From the NCBI GenBank assembly GCA_017507105.1, contig JAFWBM010000031.1:20265-84264 (forward strand): a DNA stretch of 64,000 bases. Direction: 5' to 3'. The DNA is from Bacteroidaceae bacterium. Lineage in GTDB: Bacteria > Bacteroidota > Bacteroidia > Bacteroidales > Bacteroidaceae. A program made the translations under genes and the position numbers. The notes below the pieces were generated by a model. The model was not told where the DNA came from and did no database searches. It saw only the letters and a list, made by a program, of their open reading frames with translations. This document shows positions 39,296 through 48,230 of the stretch, in pieces (position 1 is the stretch's first letter; every line of letters begins with the position of its first letter).

Positions 39296-39869
39296 ATCTC
39301 ATTATCTGTTTCCATTTACGATAGCCAAAGATAGCGATAATTGCATAAAGAGAGTACAATGCTGCTGTAAAATAGAGTTCCTTGTATATGTATAGTGCGC
39401 TACTTACAATGTCAACAAAAAACCATACCCACCATTGTTCGATATATTTACGAGCAAGCATATACATCCCGATTATGCTCAAGGCTGTTGTAAAAGCATC
39501 AGTATAGGGCACTGTGCTATCTGTCAGATTTATTAGCAATAGTGCTATTGCTATCCATAATATAGGGAACAGTACAACGAGGTTTAGGATATTTCTCTTT
39601 TTGATGTGGCTTATGGTAAGTTTTCTCCCCTCTTCTTTATTTCCGGTGAAGGTGAAACTGTAGCGCCATGCCATCCAACCATATACTGCAATTGCAAGGT
39701 AGTATATGTTTATGCCAAAATCGGCATATAATCCGGCATTGTAATATATGTAGAGGTATATGGCCGGCATTATGATGCTTGTTATCCATAAGTGTATGCT
39801 GGCATGATACTCTTGCCATAGATATATTAAACCTACTATTGTTCCTAATATCTCGATGTACTGTTCCAT
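39282..39869 (-). CDS. pnuT: PnuC-family vitamin transporter, thiamine-type by context (PnuT)
   Basis: 195 aa, multi-TM and Trp/Tyr-rich (LIYLWQEYHASIHLW..., WWVWFFVD). It sits between the TonB-dependent receptor and TPK under a TPP riboswitch and overlaps TPK by 14 nt. Confidence 0.65.
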   Translation of the reverse strand: MEQYIEILGTIVGLIYLWQEYHASIHLWITSIIMPAIYLYIYYNAGLYADFGINIYYLAIAVYGWMAWRYSFTFTGNKEEGRKLTISHIKKRNILNLVVLFPILWIAIALLLINLTDSTVPYTDAFTTALSIIGMYMLARKYIEQWWVWFFVDIVSSALYIYKELYFTAALYSLYAIIAIFGYRKWKQIMRYENI

Positions 39870-39881
39870 ATTATGCTTTTA

Positions 39882-42110
39882 TCAGAATTGGATGCTTATG
39901 TGTGCTAGGAAATTCGTTCCGGCTTGTGCTGCATAACCTGCATAGTTGTAGCGGATTTTCTCTCCATTATCGGTGTAGTATCCGCTTCCTGCATATCCAT
40001 TGTTCTCGTACTCCTCATTGAATAGGTTGTATATGTTGGCACCTATTGTGACGCTTTTAACGCTATTTATCTTGAATGTGTATGATGTATACAGATTGCT
40101 TACAAAATATGCATCAAGCTTATGTTCTTTTTGTTGGGCATTGCTCATATACTGTTTGCCTACATATTGTGTATGCAGCGATAGGGATAGCCCTTTATTG
40201 TTGTAACCCAATATGCTGTTAGTTATGATATCGGGCGAGAAGGCTATTTGTGTGTTACCATGATTGATGTCCCATCGCTCATAAGTGTCATCGTCGTATA
40301 GAACCTCTTTGAAATTCTTTATGCGGTTGCGGCTGAAGGTGGTGTTAGCATCCCAACTTAGACCAAATGGCAATTTTAGACTTGCCATAAGTTCAATACC
40401 GGTGCGATAGCTGTCGGGAATATTGTCGGCAAGCGGCTCGCCTATCTCGTTTAATTCCCCTGTGAGAATAAGTTGATCTTTATAATCCATGTAGTAGAGG
40501 TTTACACCTGCCTGAAACCTTTTATTGGCGAATGTGTATCCCAATTCATAGTCAATGAGCCTCTCTGCTTTGGGTCGTACCTCGAGTTTTCCATCTGTAT
40601 AGTTGTTACGTGTAGGCTCCTTGTGTGCCATGCTTACAGAACCGAATATACGATTATTGTTATCTATTCTCCATAACACTCCTGCTTTCGGGTTGAAAAA
40701 GTCGAAGCTCTCATCTATATCGAGTCGTTGAAGGTTCTCGGATGCATCGTTCCATTTGTCGTTATTTCCTTTTATTTTATAGTCTATATGGCGGTACTGT
40801 AGGTCTGCATAGATGTTTACCCCTTTCAGAATATTATAGTCGGCTTTAATATAGATGTTCCCATCACTCTTACTTCCGTTGTTGCGGTAATATTCATGGT
40901 CGGCATTAAGGTTGCCTATATAGTTCTTTACCCATAGAACCTTTCCAAAATGTTCGCCATCGTAATTATTGAAAGCTCCTCCAAAAGTTGCGTTTATACG
41001 GCTGTTTTTATAGCTTAAAGAGAATACTCCTCCTCCAAAGTGGTTGTCCATAGCCTTGCGTCGTACCAGGTCGCTTTTTTTTACGCTTTCCCCATTATGA
41101 ATGTACGGTACAAGTGCATATTCTACAAGCTTGCGTCCGCTTTTGTATTCTTGATAGTATCCGTCTCCTTTTGTGTAATGAAGACCTACGTTCAGGCTCA
41201 TATTATTATTGAAATGGTGGTCGAACAGCAACTGATAGTTACTTTGTATATAGTTGTCTGTTTGGTCTTTATAGTAGTGTGCCTTACCATTTTCATCACT
41301 ATACATATAGCCGCATGAGTTGTATCTGCGGCCATACTCACGCATCTCCTCTTTTGATGCATAGTTCCATGCGTGATAGGTCTCTTCGTTACCGGCAAAT
41401 GTGATGAGTTTTATAGAACTGTTCTCGGCATAATATGCAGCCTGAAGATAGTATGATTTAAGATCGGCTGCAGCCCTTTCAATATATCCATCGCTGGATA
41501 TGTTTGATAGGCGGGCATCAAACGCCCAATGTCCACCTATAATTCCTGTCCCAAATTTCAGTGTCTCTTTATGAGTCCCGAAAGAACCTGCCGAAAAGTT
41601 TAATTCGCTGTATGGATTCATGCTCATTTTGCTTGTGGATAGGTTCATGCTTGCACCGAAAGAGCCTGCACCATTGGTCGATGTTCCTACACCGCGTTGT
41701 ATCTGTACATCTTTGAGGGATGAGGCTAGGTCGGGTAGGTTTACCCAAAATACGGTGTGGCTTTCCGAATCGTTTACAGGAATTCCGTTGGCTGTTACGT
41801 TTATGCGTGTGCCGTCTGTTCCTCTTACACGCAATGTCGTGTAACCTATCCCGGTTCCTGCATCACTTGTTGTTATGGCACTTGGTGTCATGCTTACAAG
41901 GTAGGGTAGGTCTACTCCGGCATTGTATTTCCTGATTTTCTCCTCGTCGATGTTTGTATAGGCTATAGGTGTAGTCTCTGTTGCCCTTATCGACATTACT
42001 TCAATCTCTTGCAGTCCTATTGTCTGCATTGTGTCATTAGGTGTGTGTGTCTGTGCACATACTGTGGCCGCTGCCATTATAAAGCAGGCTGACAATGTCC
42101 TTTTAATCAT
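39882..42110 (-). CDS. TonB-dependent outer membrane receptor (thiamine-regulated)
   Basis: 742 aa with a signal peptide and a plug domain (TLRVRGTDGTRINVTANGIPVND). The beta-barrel ends ...AHISIQF. It is the first gene after the TPP riboswitch. Confidence 0.88.
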   Translation of the reverse strand: MIKRTLSACFIMAAATVCAQTHTPNDTMQTIGLQEIEVMSIRATETTPIAYTNIDEEKIRKYNAGVDLPYLVSMTPSAITTSDAGTGIGYTTLRVRGTDGTRINVTANGIPVNDSESHTVFWVNLPDLASSLKDVQIQRGVGTSTNGAGSFGASMNLSTSKMSMNPYSELNFSAGSFGTHKETLKFGTGIIGGHWAFDARLSNISSDGYIERAAADLKSYYLQAAYYAENSSIKLITFAGNEETYHAWNYASKEEMREYGRRYNSCGYMYSDENGKAHYYKDQTDNYIQSNYQLLFDHHFNNNMSLNVGLHYTKGDGYYQEYKSGRKLVEYALVPYIHNGESVKKSDLVRRKAMDNHFGGGVFSLSYKNSRINATFGGAFNNYDGEHFGKVLWVKNYIGNLNADHEYYRNNGSKSDGNIYIKADYNILKGVNIYADLQYRHIDYKIKGNNDKWNDASENLQRLDIDESFDFFNPKAGVLWRIDNNNRIFGSVSMAHKEPTRNNYTDGKLEVRPKAERLIDYELGYTFANKRFQAGVNLYYMDYKDQLILTGELNEIGEPLADNIPDSYRTGIELMASLKLPFGLSWDANTTFSRNRIKNFKEVLYDDDTYERWDINHGNTQIAFSPDIITNSILGYNNKGLSLSLHTQYVGKQYMSNAQQKEHKLDAYFVSNLYTSYTFKINSVKSVTIGANIYNLFNEEYENNGYAGSGYYTDNGEKIRYNYAGYAAQAGTNFLAHISIQF

Positions 42111-42221
42111 TGTGGTTTCAAAAAGTTGTGGAGTGGAAGAAAAAAAAGAAATCCTCCAACTCCCGGTTAAACGGAAAATGGGGATTTTTTCCTATTGTAT
42201 AGCCATATGTGTGGCCACGCC

Positions 42222-42306
42222 ATATGGCTCATTCCTACGCCGGCATTACCCGGATCAGGTTCTTGGGTATGATCTCAGCCCATGTATTAAGGCACCCCGT
42301 ATTTGA
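42222..42306 (-). promoter_or_regulatory. TPP (THI-box) riboswitch
   Basis: The minus strand reads ACGGGGTGCCTTAATACATGGGCTGAGATCATACCCAAGAACCTGATCCGGGTAATGCCGGCGTAGGAATGA. This carries the conserved GGGGTGC, CTGAGA, ACCTGATC-GG-TAATGCC and GCGTAGGAA elements. It is followed by hairpin AGCCATATG...CATATGGCT (42201-42229), a possible expression platform. Confidence 0.9.
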
Positions 42307-42315
42307 AATCTGTTG

Positions 42316-42346
42316 CAAATGTAGTGTAATCTCTTTAAAACTCAAA
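42316..42346 (-). promoter_or_regulatory. Bacteroidetes-type promoter driving the TPP riboswitch operon
   Basis: On the minus strand: -33 TTTG (42346-42343), a 19-nt spacer, and -7 TACATTTG (42323-42316), immediately upstream of the aptamer. Confidence 0.55.
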
Positions 42347-42395
42347 GAAAAAACGGTAATAATTATATGAATGGAGAATGTATATGAAAGTAATT

Positions 42396-42444
42396 ACAAA
42401 CATGAGGGTGAACCAGAAGTAGAATGGTTCACCCTCATGTTTGT
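42396..42444 (-). terminator. Hairpin terminator downstream of thrC
   Basis: 19-bp perfect arms ACAAACATGAGGGTGAACC / GGTTCACCCTCATGTTTGT with an 11-nt loop, 19 nt past the thrC stop (42463). Confidence 0.7.
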
Positions 42445-42462
42445 TGATACAGTAAATTGCTG

Positions 42463-43770
42463 TTATTCAGCCTCTTTTATAAGAAGGTTTTTAAGAGCCT
42501 TGAACTCCTTGCTTATCTCTATGCTTATTTTCTCTTTTTTCATAAATTGCTGTAACGGTAGTGGAATATCAATATTGATGTTAAGTATTTTGTCTATAGT
42601 ATCTTTAAATTTTGCTGGGTGTGCAGTCTCTAGGAAGAGGCCGGTTTCGTATGGCTGTAGCATATCCTTTAAGGCTAGATAGCCGCATGCGCCATGAGGG
42701 TCCATCAGATAGTTACTGTCAAGCCAGAGATTCTTTACACCATCGGCAATCTGTCGGTCGTTGTATGTCGCTCCGCTTATATCCTTGCATACTTCGCTAT
42801 GGTTATGATTGTATAGGTCCATTATGCGGGCGAAGTTACTAGGGTTACCTACATCCATAGCGTTGGCTATTGTAGAGACCGATGCTTTGGGTGAGAATAT
42901 GCTGCTTTGTAGGTAATTGTAGAAAATATCGTTGCTGTTGTTGGCTGCAATGAAACGTTTTATAGGCAGTCCCATTCTTTTTGCAAACAATCCTGCTGTG
43001 AGGTTGCCGAAGTTACCGCTAGGTACCGATACAACTAGTTCATTCTCCTTACCTAACCTCTTGAGTTGTGCATATGCCCAGAAATAATAGAAAGATTGTG
43101 GAAGAAATCTTGCCAGGTTTATAGAATTCGCACTTGTGAGAAATAGTTGGTCGTTCAACTCCTTATCGAGAAAAGCCTGCTTTACAAGTGCCTGACAGTC
43201 ATCAAAACAGCCGTCAACTTCAAGTGATGTGATATTTTCTCCAAGTGTGGTAAACTGTTTCTCCTGTATTTCACTTACTTTCCCTTTTGGATACAGAATA
43301 TATACATGTACACCATCTACACCTAAAAATCCATTGGCAACAGCACTTCCGGTGTCTCCGGAGGTTGCAACAAGGACGTTTACTCTCTTATTGCTGCTCT
43401 TTCTTACGAAATATCCTAGCAGACGGGCCATGAAACGTCCACCAACATCCTTGAATGCAAGAGTAGGACCATGAAACAACTCAAGCGAATAGATGTTATC
43501 TTTGACATGCACCAATGGGGTATCGAAACTGAGAGTGTCATATACAATTGTTTTGAGTTCCCCTTCGGGTATGTCATCACCAAAAAAAGCTTTTGCAACC
43601 TCAAATGATATCTCTTGGAAACTCATATTATGGATGTTATCATAGAATTTGTCATCCAGAACATTTATATGGTTTGGCATAAAGAGTCCTTTGTCGGCGG
43701 CCAATCCTTTTATGACAGCCTCTTGTAATCCGATCTCTTTCACCTCTTTGTTTGTACTATAATATCTCAT
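42463..43770 (-). CDS. thrC: Threonine synthase
   Basis: 435 aa. The N-terminus MRYYSTNKEVKEIGLQEAVIKGLAADKGLFMP fits the family, and the PLP-lysine motif ELFHGPTLAFKDVGGRF is present. Confidence 0.92.
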   Translation of the reverse strand: MRYYSTNKEVKEIGLQEAVIKGLAADKGLFMPNHINVLDDKFYDNIHNMSFQEISFEVAKAFFGDDIPEGELKTIVYDTLSFDTPLVHVKDNIYSLELFHGPTLAFKDVGGRFMARLLGYFVRKSSNKRVNVLVATSGDTGSAVANGFLGVDGVHVYILYPKGKVSEIQEKQFTTLGENITSLEVDGCFDDCQALVKQAFLDKELNDQLFLTSANSINLARFLPQSFYYFWAYAQLKRLGKENELVVSVPSGNFGNLTAGLFAKRMGLPIKRFIAANNSNDIFYNYLQSSIFSPKASVSTIANAMDVGNPSNFARIMDLYNHNHSEVCKDISGATYNDRQIADGVKNLWLDSNYLMDPHGACGYLALKDMLQPYETGLFLETAHPAKFKDTIDKILNINIDIPLPLQQFMKKEKISIEISKEFKALKNLLIKEAE

Positions 43771-43807
43771 GGTCGTAATATTTTCTGTTACTTATATTCT
43801 ATCTCCG

Positions 43808-45019
43808 TTACAATTCGAAAAACTCTTTTATAAACTCATCCTCTTTTAGTAGTCCGTAGTGCCCCTTTTTTGCTGCCTTTTCATTGAAATGTTCTACACT
43901 GTCGGGAGTTATCCCTGCATGCCATATAAGAAACGGTATGGGTTCTGATGTGTGTGTACGCAACTTGCAGGGAGTCGGGTGGTCTGGTAGTATAGCTATT
44001 GATATGGGTTCATCCCAATCTTTTACAGTCTCGTATATAGGACCCACAACACGACTGTCAAGATACTCGATGGTACGTATTTTTAGTGCGGCGTCTCCTT
44101 CGTGTCCGGCTTCGTCGCTTGCTTCAATATGAAGATATACAAAATCATCTTTCTTTATAGCATCCAACAGTGCTGACGTCTTGTTCTCGTAATTGGTGTC
44201 GTGTAGTCCTGTTGCTCCTTCTACCTGTAATACCTGCATGCCTGCATAGCGTCCGATTCCTCTTATAAGGTCAACGGCTGATATTACAGAACTACTCTTT
44301 ATCTTAGGAAATTTATCGCTGATTTTTTCCATCTTTGGACGATATCCGCCTCCCCAGGGCCATATGCTGTTAGCTGGATCTTTCCCCTCTGCTATGCGCT
44401 GTTTGTTAAGGGGGTGTTCCATGAGCAGTATCTGCGATTTCATTATGAGTTCATTTATAAGGTTGGCGGTTTCCTGCGCTTCCGGGACTTCGGCTTTTAC
44501 AAGATATGGCTCGAATTTCTGACCGGGAATGTCGTGGGGTGGAGTACAATCTATACGTTTGTCTCCACCTTTGATAACTAGAAGATGGCGGTACTGCACT
44601 CCGGTGTGAAAACGGATACGGTCATTACCCAAATGTTCTTGCAAATATTTGATGAGAATGTCTGCATCTTCGGTTGTGATGTGTCCTGCCGAGTGATTCT
44701 TCAATATATGGTCGTTGATACATACAATATTGCAACGGAGTGCAAGCTCGTCTGCTGCAAGCTCAACACCGATACTTGCTGCTTCAAGAGGACCTCTTCC
44801 TTCGTATACCTTCTCTAGGTTATAGCCAAGTATGGACATATTGGCCACCTCACTGCCTGGATGGAATCCAGGAGCAACAGTAATGAGTTCTCCGCTACGT
44901 CCCATCTTGGCAAGCATGTCCATATAAGGTGTATGTGCTGCCTGCATCGTGGTTTTTCCTCCCAAAGCTTCAATAGGCCATCCGGCCATTCCGTCACCTA
45001 ATATTATAATATGTTTCAT
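43808..45019 (-). CDS. Cofactor-independent phosphoglycerate mutase-like metalloenzyme (apgM family); by context a candidate homoserine kinase analog
   Basis: The track ORF starts at TTG 45040; an ATG at 45019 gives MKHIIILGDGMAG. It has the alkaline-phosphatase-superfamily motif HIEASDEAGHEGD and lies 37 nt upstream of thrC on the same strand. Confidence 0.75.
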   Translation of the reverse strand: MKHIIILGDGMAGWPIEALGGKTTMQAAHTPYMDMLAKMGRSGELITVAPGFHPGSEVANMSILGYNLEKVYEGRGPLEAASIGVELAADELALRCNIVCINDHILKNHSAGHITTEDADILIKYLQEHLGNDRIRFHTGVQYRHLLVIKGGDKRIDCTPPHDIPGQKFEPYLVKAEVPEAQETANLINELIMKSQILLMEHPLNKQRIAEGKDPANSIWPWGGGYRPKMEKISDKFPKIKSSSVISAVDLIRGIGRYAGMQVLQVEGATGLHDTNYENKTSALLDAIKKDDFVYLHIEASDEAGHEGDAALKIRTIEYLDSRVVGPIYETVKDWDEPISIAILPDHPTPCKLRTHTSEPIPFLIWHAGITPDSVEHFNEKAAKKGHYGLLKEDEFIKEFFEL

Positions 45020-45184
45020 CTTTTTTTTGTTTAATTTCAATGTATTTTGTCATTGAATGGTAATGGGTACTGTGGCAGATGTTATATCTCTGCCTGAATC
45101 TTGTAACAAAACCTTTGCGGTGTTTGTAATAATTTAAAAATGTTTGCTGAAAATATGTTTCGCGTAGAAACAAGAAGTACTATC

Positions 45185-45289
45185 CTAACCCCTAAGGGTA
45201 ATACCTGTAGATATACAGCAAATAATACTACCTATAATAGTGAGGGTAGTATAGCGGGAGGATGCTGTATTTAGATAGTAGTTGTGCAT
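45185..45289 (-). promoter_or_regulatory. Candidate Thr/Ile-rich leader peptide ORF (34 codons) upstream of the apgM-like/thrC operon
   Basis: Hand translation gives MHNYYLNTASSRYTTLTIIGSIICCISTGITLRG*, with 6 Thr and 6 Ile. A -7-like TACATTTG (45326-45319) lies about 30 nt upstream. Hairpin TACTACC/GGTAGTA (45226-45251) sits inside the ORF. This is hypothetical. Confidence 0.3.
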
Positions 45290-45494
45290 GTATCTGTTAT
45301 TGCTTGTCTATACGAAGGCAAATGTATAAATGAAAATGACAAAACAATAAAATCTGCTCTATTTTTTGCGATATTTTGCTTATTTTTCTTTGAAAACAAG
45401 TAAAATAGTATCAGATTGCATAAATGATGCGGCGGCGTGTGAGTGTAATCTGCATGAAGCGGATTATATCTGTTTGCAATTATAAGAGAGATAA

Positions 45495-46184
45495 CTATTG
45501 GAATTTATTATTCGAGTATGCGATAGTTAAAATGCTTACTTTGCATCCCGCTTCAACCATGCTCTTTGCGCAGCTAGCTATCGTGGCTCCTGTTGTGAGA
45601 ATATCGTCAACAAGCAGAATATGTTTTCCTGTAATCTTTTCAACATTTGTTACGGTAAATATACCCTCTACATTTTTCCATCGTTCCTGACGGTTCTTAT
45701 GTGTCTGTGTCTCGTTTGCAATAGTGCGCTCTATAGAGTCTGTCAATACTTCTATATTTGTTACTTGTGATATCCCTTTTGCTATATAGTCGCATTGGTT
45801 GTATCCACGTCTCTTCTTTTTCTTGTTGGATAAAGGTAGAGGAATTATTAGGTCTATTTCACTAAAAAAGTTCTCTTCCATAAGCTCTTTTGCTATATTC
45901 GTAGCAAGACGATACCCAATCTCGGGATGGTTGTCATATTTCATTGAGTGGAGTAACTTGTTGTATGGTGAGCCTTTACGATAGTACATATATGAGGCGG
46001 CACGTTCTATCTCTACTATTCCCCAAAAGATTTTCTCGATTTCGTTCCGTTGTTCGTTGTCAATCAACGGCATTCCTACAAGGCAAGATAGACATATATC
46101 TTTCTCGTCCTTTGCCAAAATATCTCCACACACAAGGCAATGTCGTGGAAAGATTATGTCCAGTAGGTCAGAAATCCATTTCAT
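45495..46184 (-). CDS. comF: ComF family protein (phosphoribosyltransferase domain)
   Basis: 229 aa with N-terminal Cys pairs CLVCG...CLSC and the PRTase motif HILLVDDILTTGATI. Confidence 0.8.
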   Translation of the reverse strand: MKWISDLLDIIFPRHCLVCGDILAKDEKDICLSCLVGMPLIDNEQRNEIEKIFWGIVEIERAASYMYYRKGSPYNKLLHSMKYDNHPEIGYRLATNIAKELMEENFFSEIDLIIPLPLSNKKKKRRGYNQCDYIAKGISQVTNIEVLTDSIERTIANETQTHKNRQERWKNVEGIFTVTNVEKITGKHILLVDDILTTGATIASCAKSMVEAGCKVSILTIAYSNNKFQ

Positions 46185-46644
46185 CGTTGCTTATCTTTAA
46201 AGCCTTTATAATTAGTTGTGTTTCGAATCCTCGGCTTGCTGCAAAACGTAATAATTTCTGTCTGGTACTATTATCCTCTCTATATTTTAATTCTTTGTGT
46301 TTTGCAGATAGGACTTTATGCAGAATTTCATTATACTCCTCTTCATCTATTGTTGCAATGGCATTGCCTATAATGCTTTTAGATATGCGTTTCTCATATA
46401 AAGCAGCAGAAATCTTTTTGCGACCCCAATGGTTGAAACGTATTTTGTCGTTTACGAAAGCCTTGCTGTAACGTTCCTCATTTATGAAATTCTCATCTAT
46501 CAATCTTTTTATTATATCCTGCTGAACCTTAATTTCTACTCCCCATACCGTGAGTTTATTGCTTACTTCGCTTATACATCTTTCACATAGGGTGCAGTAT
46601 GACGCGGCTCTGTTAAGTGCTTCGGCTGCTGTTATCTGTTTCAT
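46168..46644 (-). CDS. recX: RecX family regulatory protein
   Basis: The track ORF starts at GTG 46674; an ATG at 46644 gives MKQITAAEALNRAASYC.... Size and helical-repeat character fit RecX. It overlaps comF by 17 nt. Confidence 0.6.
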   Translation of the reverse strand: MKQITAAEALNRAASYCTLCERCISEVSNKLTVWGVEIKVQQDIIKRLIDENFINEERYSKAFVNDKIRFNHWGRKKISAALYEKRISKSIIGNAIATIDEEEYNEILHKVLSAKHKELKYREDNSTRQKLLRFAASRGFETQLIIKALKISNDEMDF

Positions 46645-46651
46645 GAGAGAT

Positions 46652-47497
46652 TTATGGGGCTTTGAAGGTGGCACATATCATTCTGTCGTTATCTGCATAG
46701 TCCTTGCGTAACTCTATGTTACAGTAGCCGGCTTTTTCAAGCATTATACAGGTCTCTTTACCGTGTGCTCTGTTTATTTCAAAGAATAGCTTGCCATTGG
46801 GACGCAACATCCTTGTCGCTTTTCGGGCAATTGTATGGTAGAATAGTAATGGGTCATTGTCGGGGACAAACAATGCTATATGGGGTTCCCAATCGAGTAC
46901 ATTTGCCTCCATATCTCTCTTTTCCTCCTCTTTTATATATGGTGGGTTACTTACGATGATGTCAAACTTCTCCTTCTCTGATGGTTCATATGTAAGGATG
47001 TCTTTCTGTTCGGTAATAATGTTGCACCCGTTCATAACGCTGTTCTCTTTTGCGATAGATAGGGCTGATTGTGAAATGTCCCATGCGGTAACGCTACATG
47101 ACGGTAATTTATGCGCAAGGCTTATGGCAATACATCCGCTTCCCGTTCCAATGTCAAGAATCTCTTTCTTGCCAATGGTCTCTGTTGCTACCCAATTTAC
47201 GAGTTCTTGAGTCTCGGGGCGCGGAATGAGCACAGAACTGTTTACTTTGAATCTGAGATTACAGAAGTTCTCATAGCCAAGAATGTGCTGTATAGGCTTG
47301 TATTTGCATAGTTGTCTCAAAGCGTTGTCGAGTAGCTCTTGCTGCTCGGATGTGATAGTTACTTTGTCTTTGAGAAAATATGTACTCTCTTTTATCTGTA
47401 ATAGTTCTGTTGCAAGGATACGTGAAAGGGCATCCACTTCTCCTTTAGAGTAGTGGGTGCCTAGTTCTTTACGTATCTGATGTATGATTCTTATCAT
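46652..47497 (-). CDS. prmC: Peptide chain release factor N5-glutamine methyltransferase
   Basis: SAM motif ILDIGTGSGCIAISLA and catalytic IIVSNPPYI. I prefer the ATG at 47497, which forms an ATGA overlap with the upstream stop. The track start is 47524. Confidence 0.85.
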   Translation of the reverse strand: MIRIIHQIRKELGTHYSKGEVDALSRILATELLQIKESTYFLKDKVTITSEQQELLDNALRQLCKYKPIQHILGYENFCNLRFKVNSSVLIPRPETQELVNWVATETIGKKEILDIGTGSGCIAISLAHKLPSCSVTAWDISQSALSIAKENSVMNGCNIITEQKDILTYEPSEKEKFDIIVSNPPYIKEEEKRDMEANVLDWEPHIALFVPDNDPLLFYHTIARKATRMLRPNGKLFFEINRAHGKETCIMLEKAGYCNIELRKDYADNDRMICATFKAP

Positions 47498-48225
47498 TTG
47501 GTAGATTGGTAGATTCTCTCCCATTCATCGCAAAGTGCCTGTATTGATGGGAAGATGAGATTGGCACCGGCTTCGGCAAGTACGCTCTCTTTCAAAGGAC
47601 CTGTATTGGCAGCAATGGTGAAAAGTCCGGCTGCAACAGCAGCTTCAACACCTAGCGGTGCATTCTCTACAACTATTGCTTGGTCGGGTGTGAGGTTGCC
47701 CTTCTCAAGAGCCAATAGATATGGGTCGGGATAGGGTTTGCCACGTTTTACATTAAAGCTTGTCACAATGTGTGATGTATTGAATAGTCCCGGGAAATTG
47801 CTCTCTATCTTATTCAATAGAGTGGGAGTGCCGGAACCTGTGACTATCATAGGTGTAAGTCCCAACTCTTTTACCTTAAGTACAAGCTCTAATGCTCCTT
47901 CCATACGTGGAGTAGGAGGATATGTGGCAAAAATGTCACATTTTGCCTTACATAGCCTGTCAATCTCTTCGGGTGTGGAGGGGTGTCCAAACTGTGCAAT
48001 ACTGGCTGTATTGATGGTGTCGGCACCGGTACGTCCCTCATTCATGTATACATCCTCTTTGCTGAATGTGTAGCCTGCATCACTCATTACTTGTGACCAG
48101 GCTTCGGCATGATATGGCATTGAATTAAACAATACACCGTCCATGTCGAACAATACAGCACGCAACTGCAAGGCTTTGTGGCCTTGCAGTTGCAGATATT
48201 TATCTATTATTTTCCTATAATCCAT
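47494..48225 (-). CDS. HAD-IA family hydrolase (beta-phosphoglucomutase/phosphatase-like)
   Basis: 243 aa with motif I AVLFDMDGVLFNS, motif II-like VTGS, and a C-terminal Asp region VVENAPLGVEAA. Confidence 0.75.
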   Translation of the reverse strand: MDYRKIIDKYLQLQGHKALQLRAVLFDMDGVLFNSMPYHAEAWSQVMSDAGYTFSKEDVYMNEGRTGADTINTASIAQFGHPSTPEEIDRLCKAKCDIFATYPPTPRMEGALELVLKVKELGLTPMIVTGSGTPTLLNKIESNFPGLFNTSHIVTSFNVKRGKPYPDPYLLALEKGNLTPDQAIVVENAPLGVEAAVAAGLFTIAANTGPLKESVLAEAGANLIFPSIQALCDEWERIYQSTK

Positions 48226-48230
48226 TATAA

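Noticed and set aside
42031-42682. Plus-strand ORFs 42031-42306 (91 aa) and 42371-42682 (103 aa) in the gap between the TonB receptor gene and thrC.
   Set aside because: The first is antisense to the TPP riboswitch and the receptor gene start. The second runs through the thrC terminator hairpin and antisense into thrC. Neither has motifs.
45424-45690. 88-aa plus-strand ORF at the comF 3' end.
   Set aside because: It is mostly antisense to the well-supported ComF PRTase domain and has no recognisable features.
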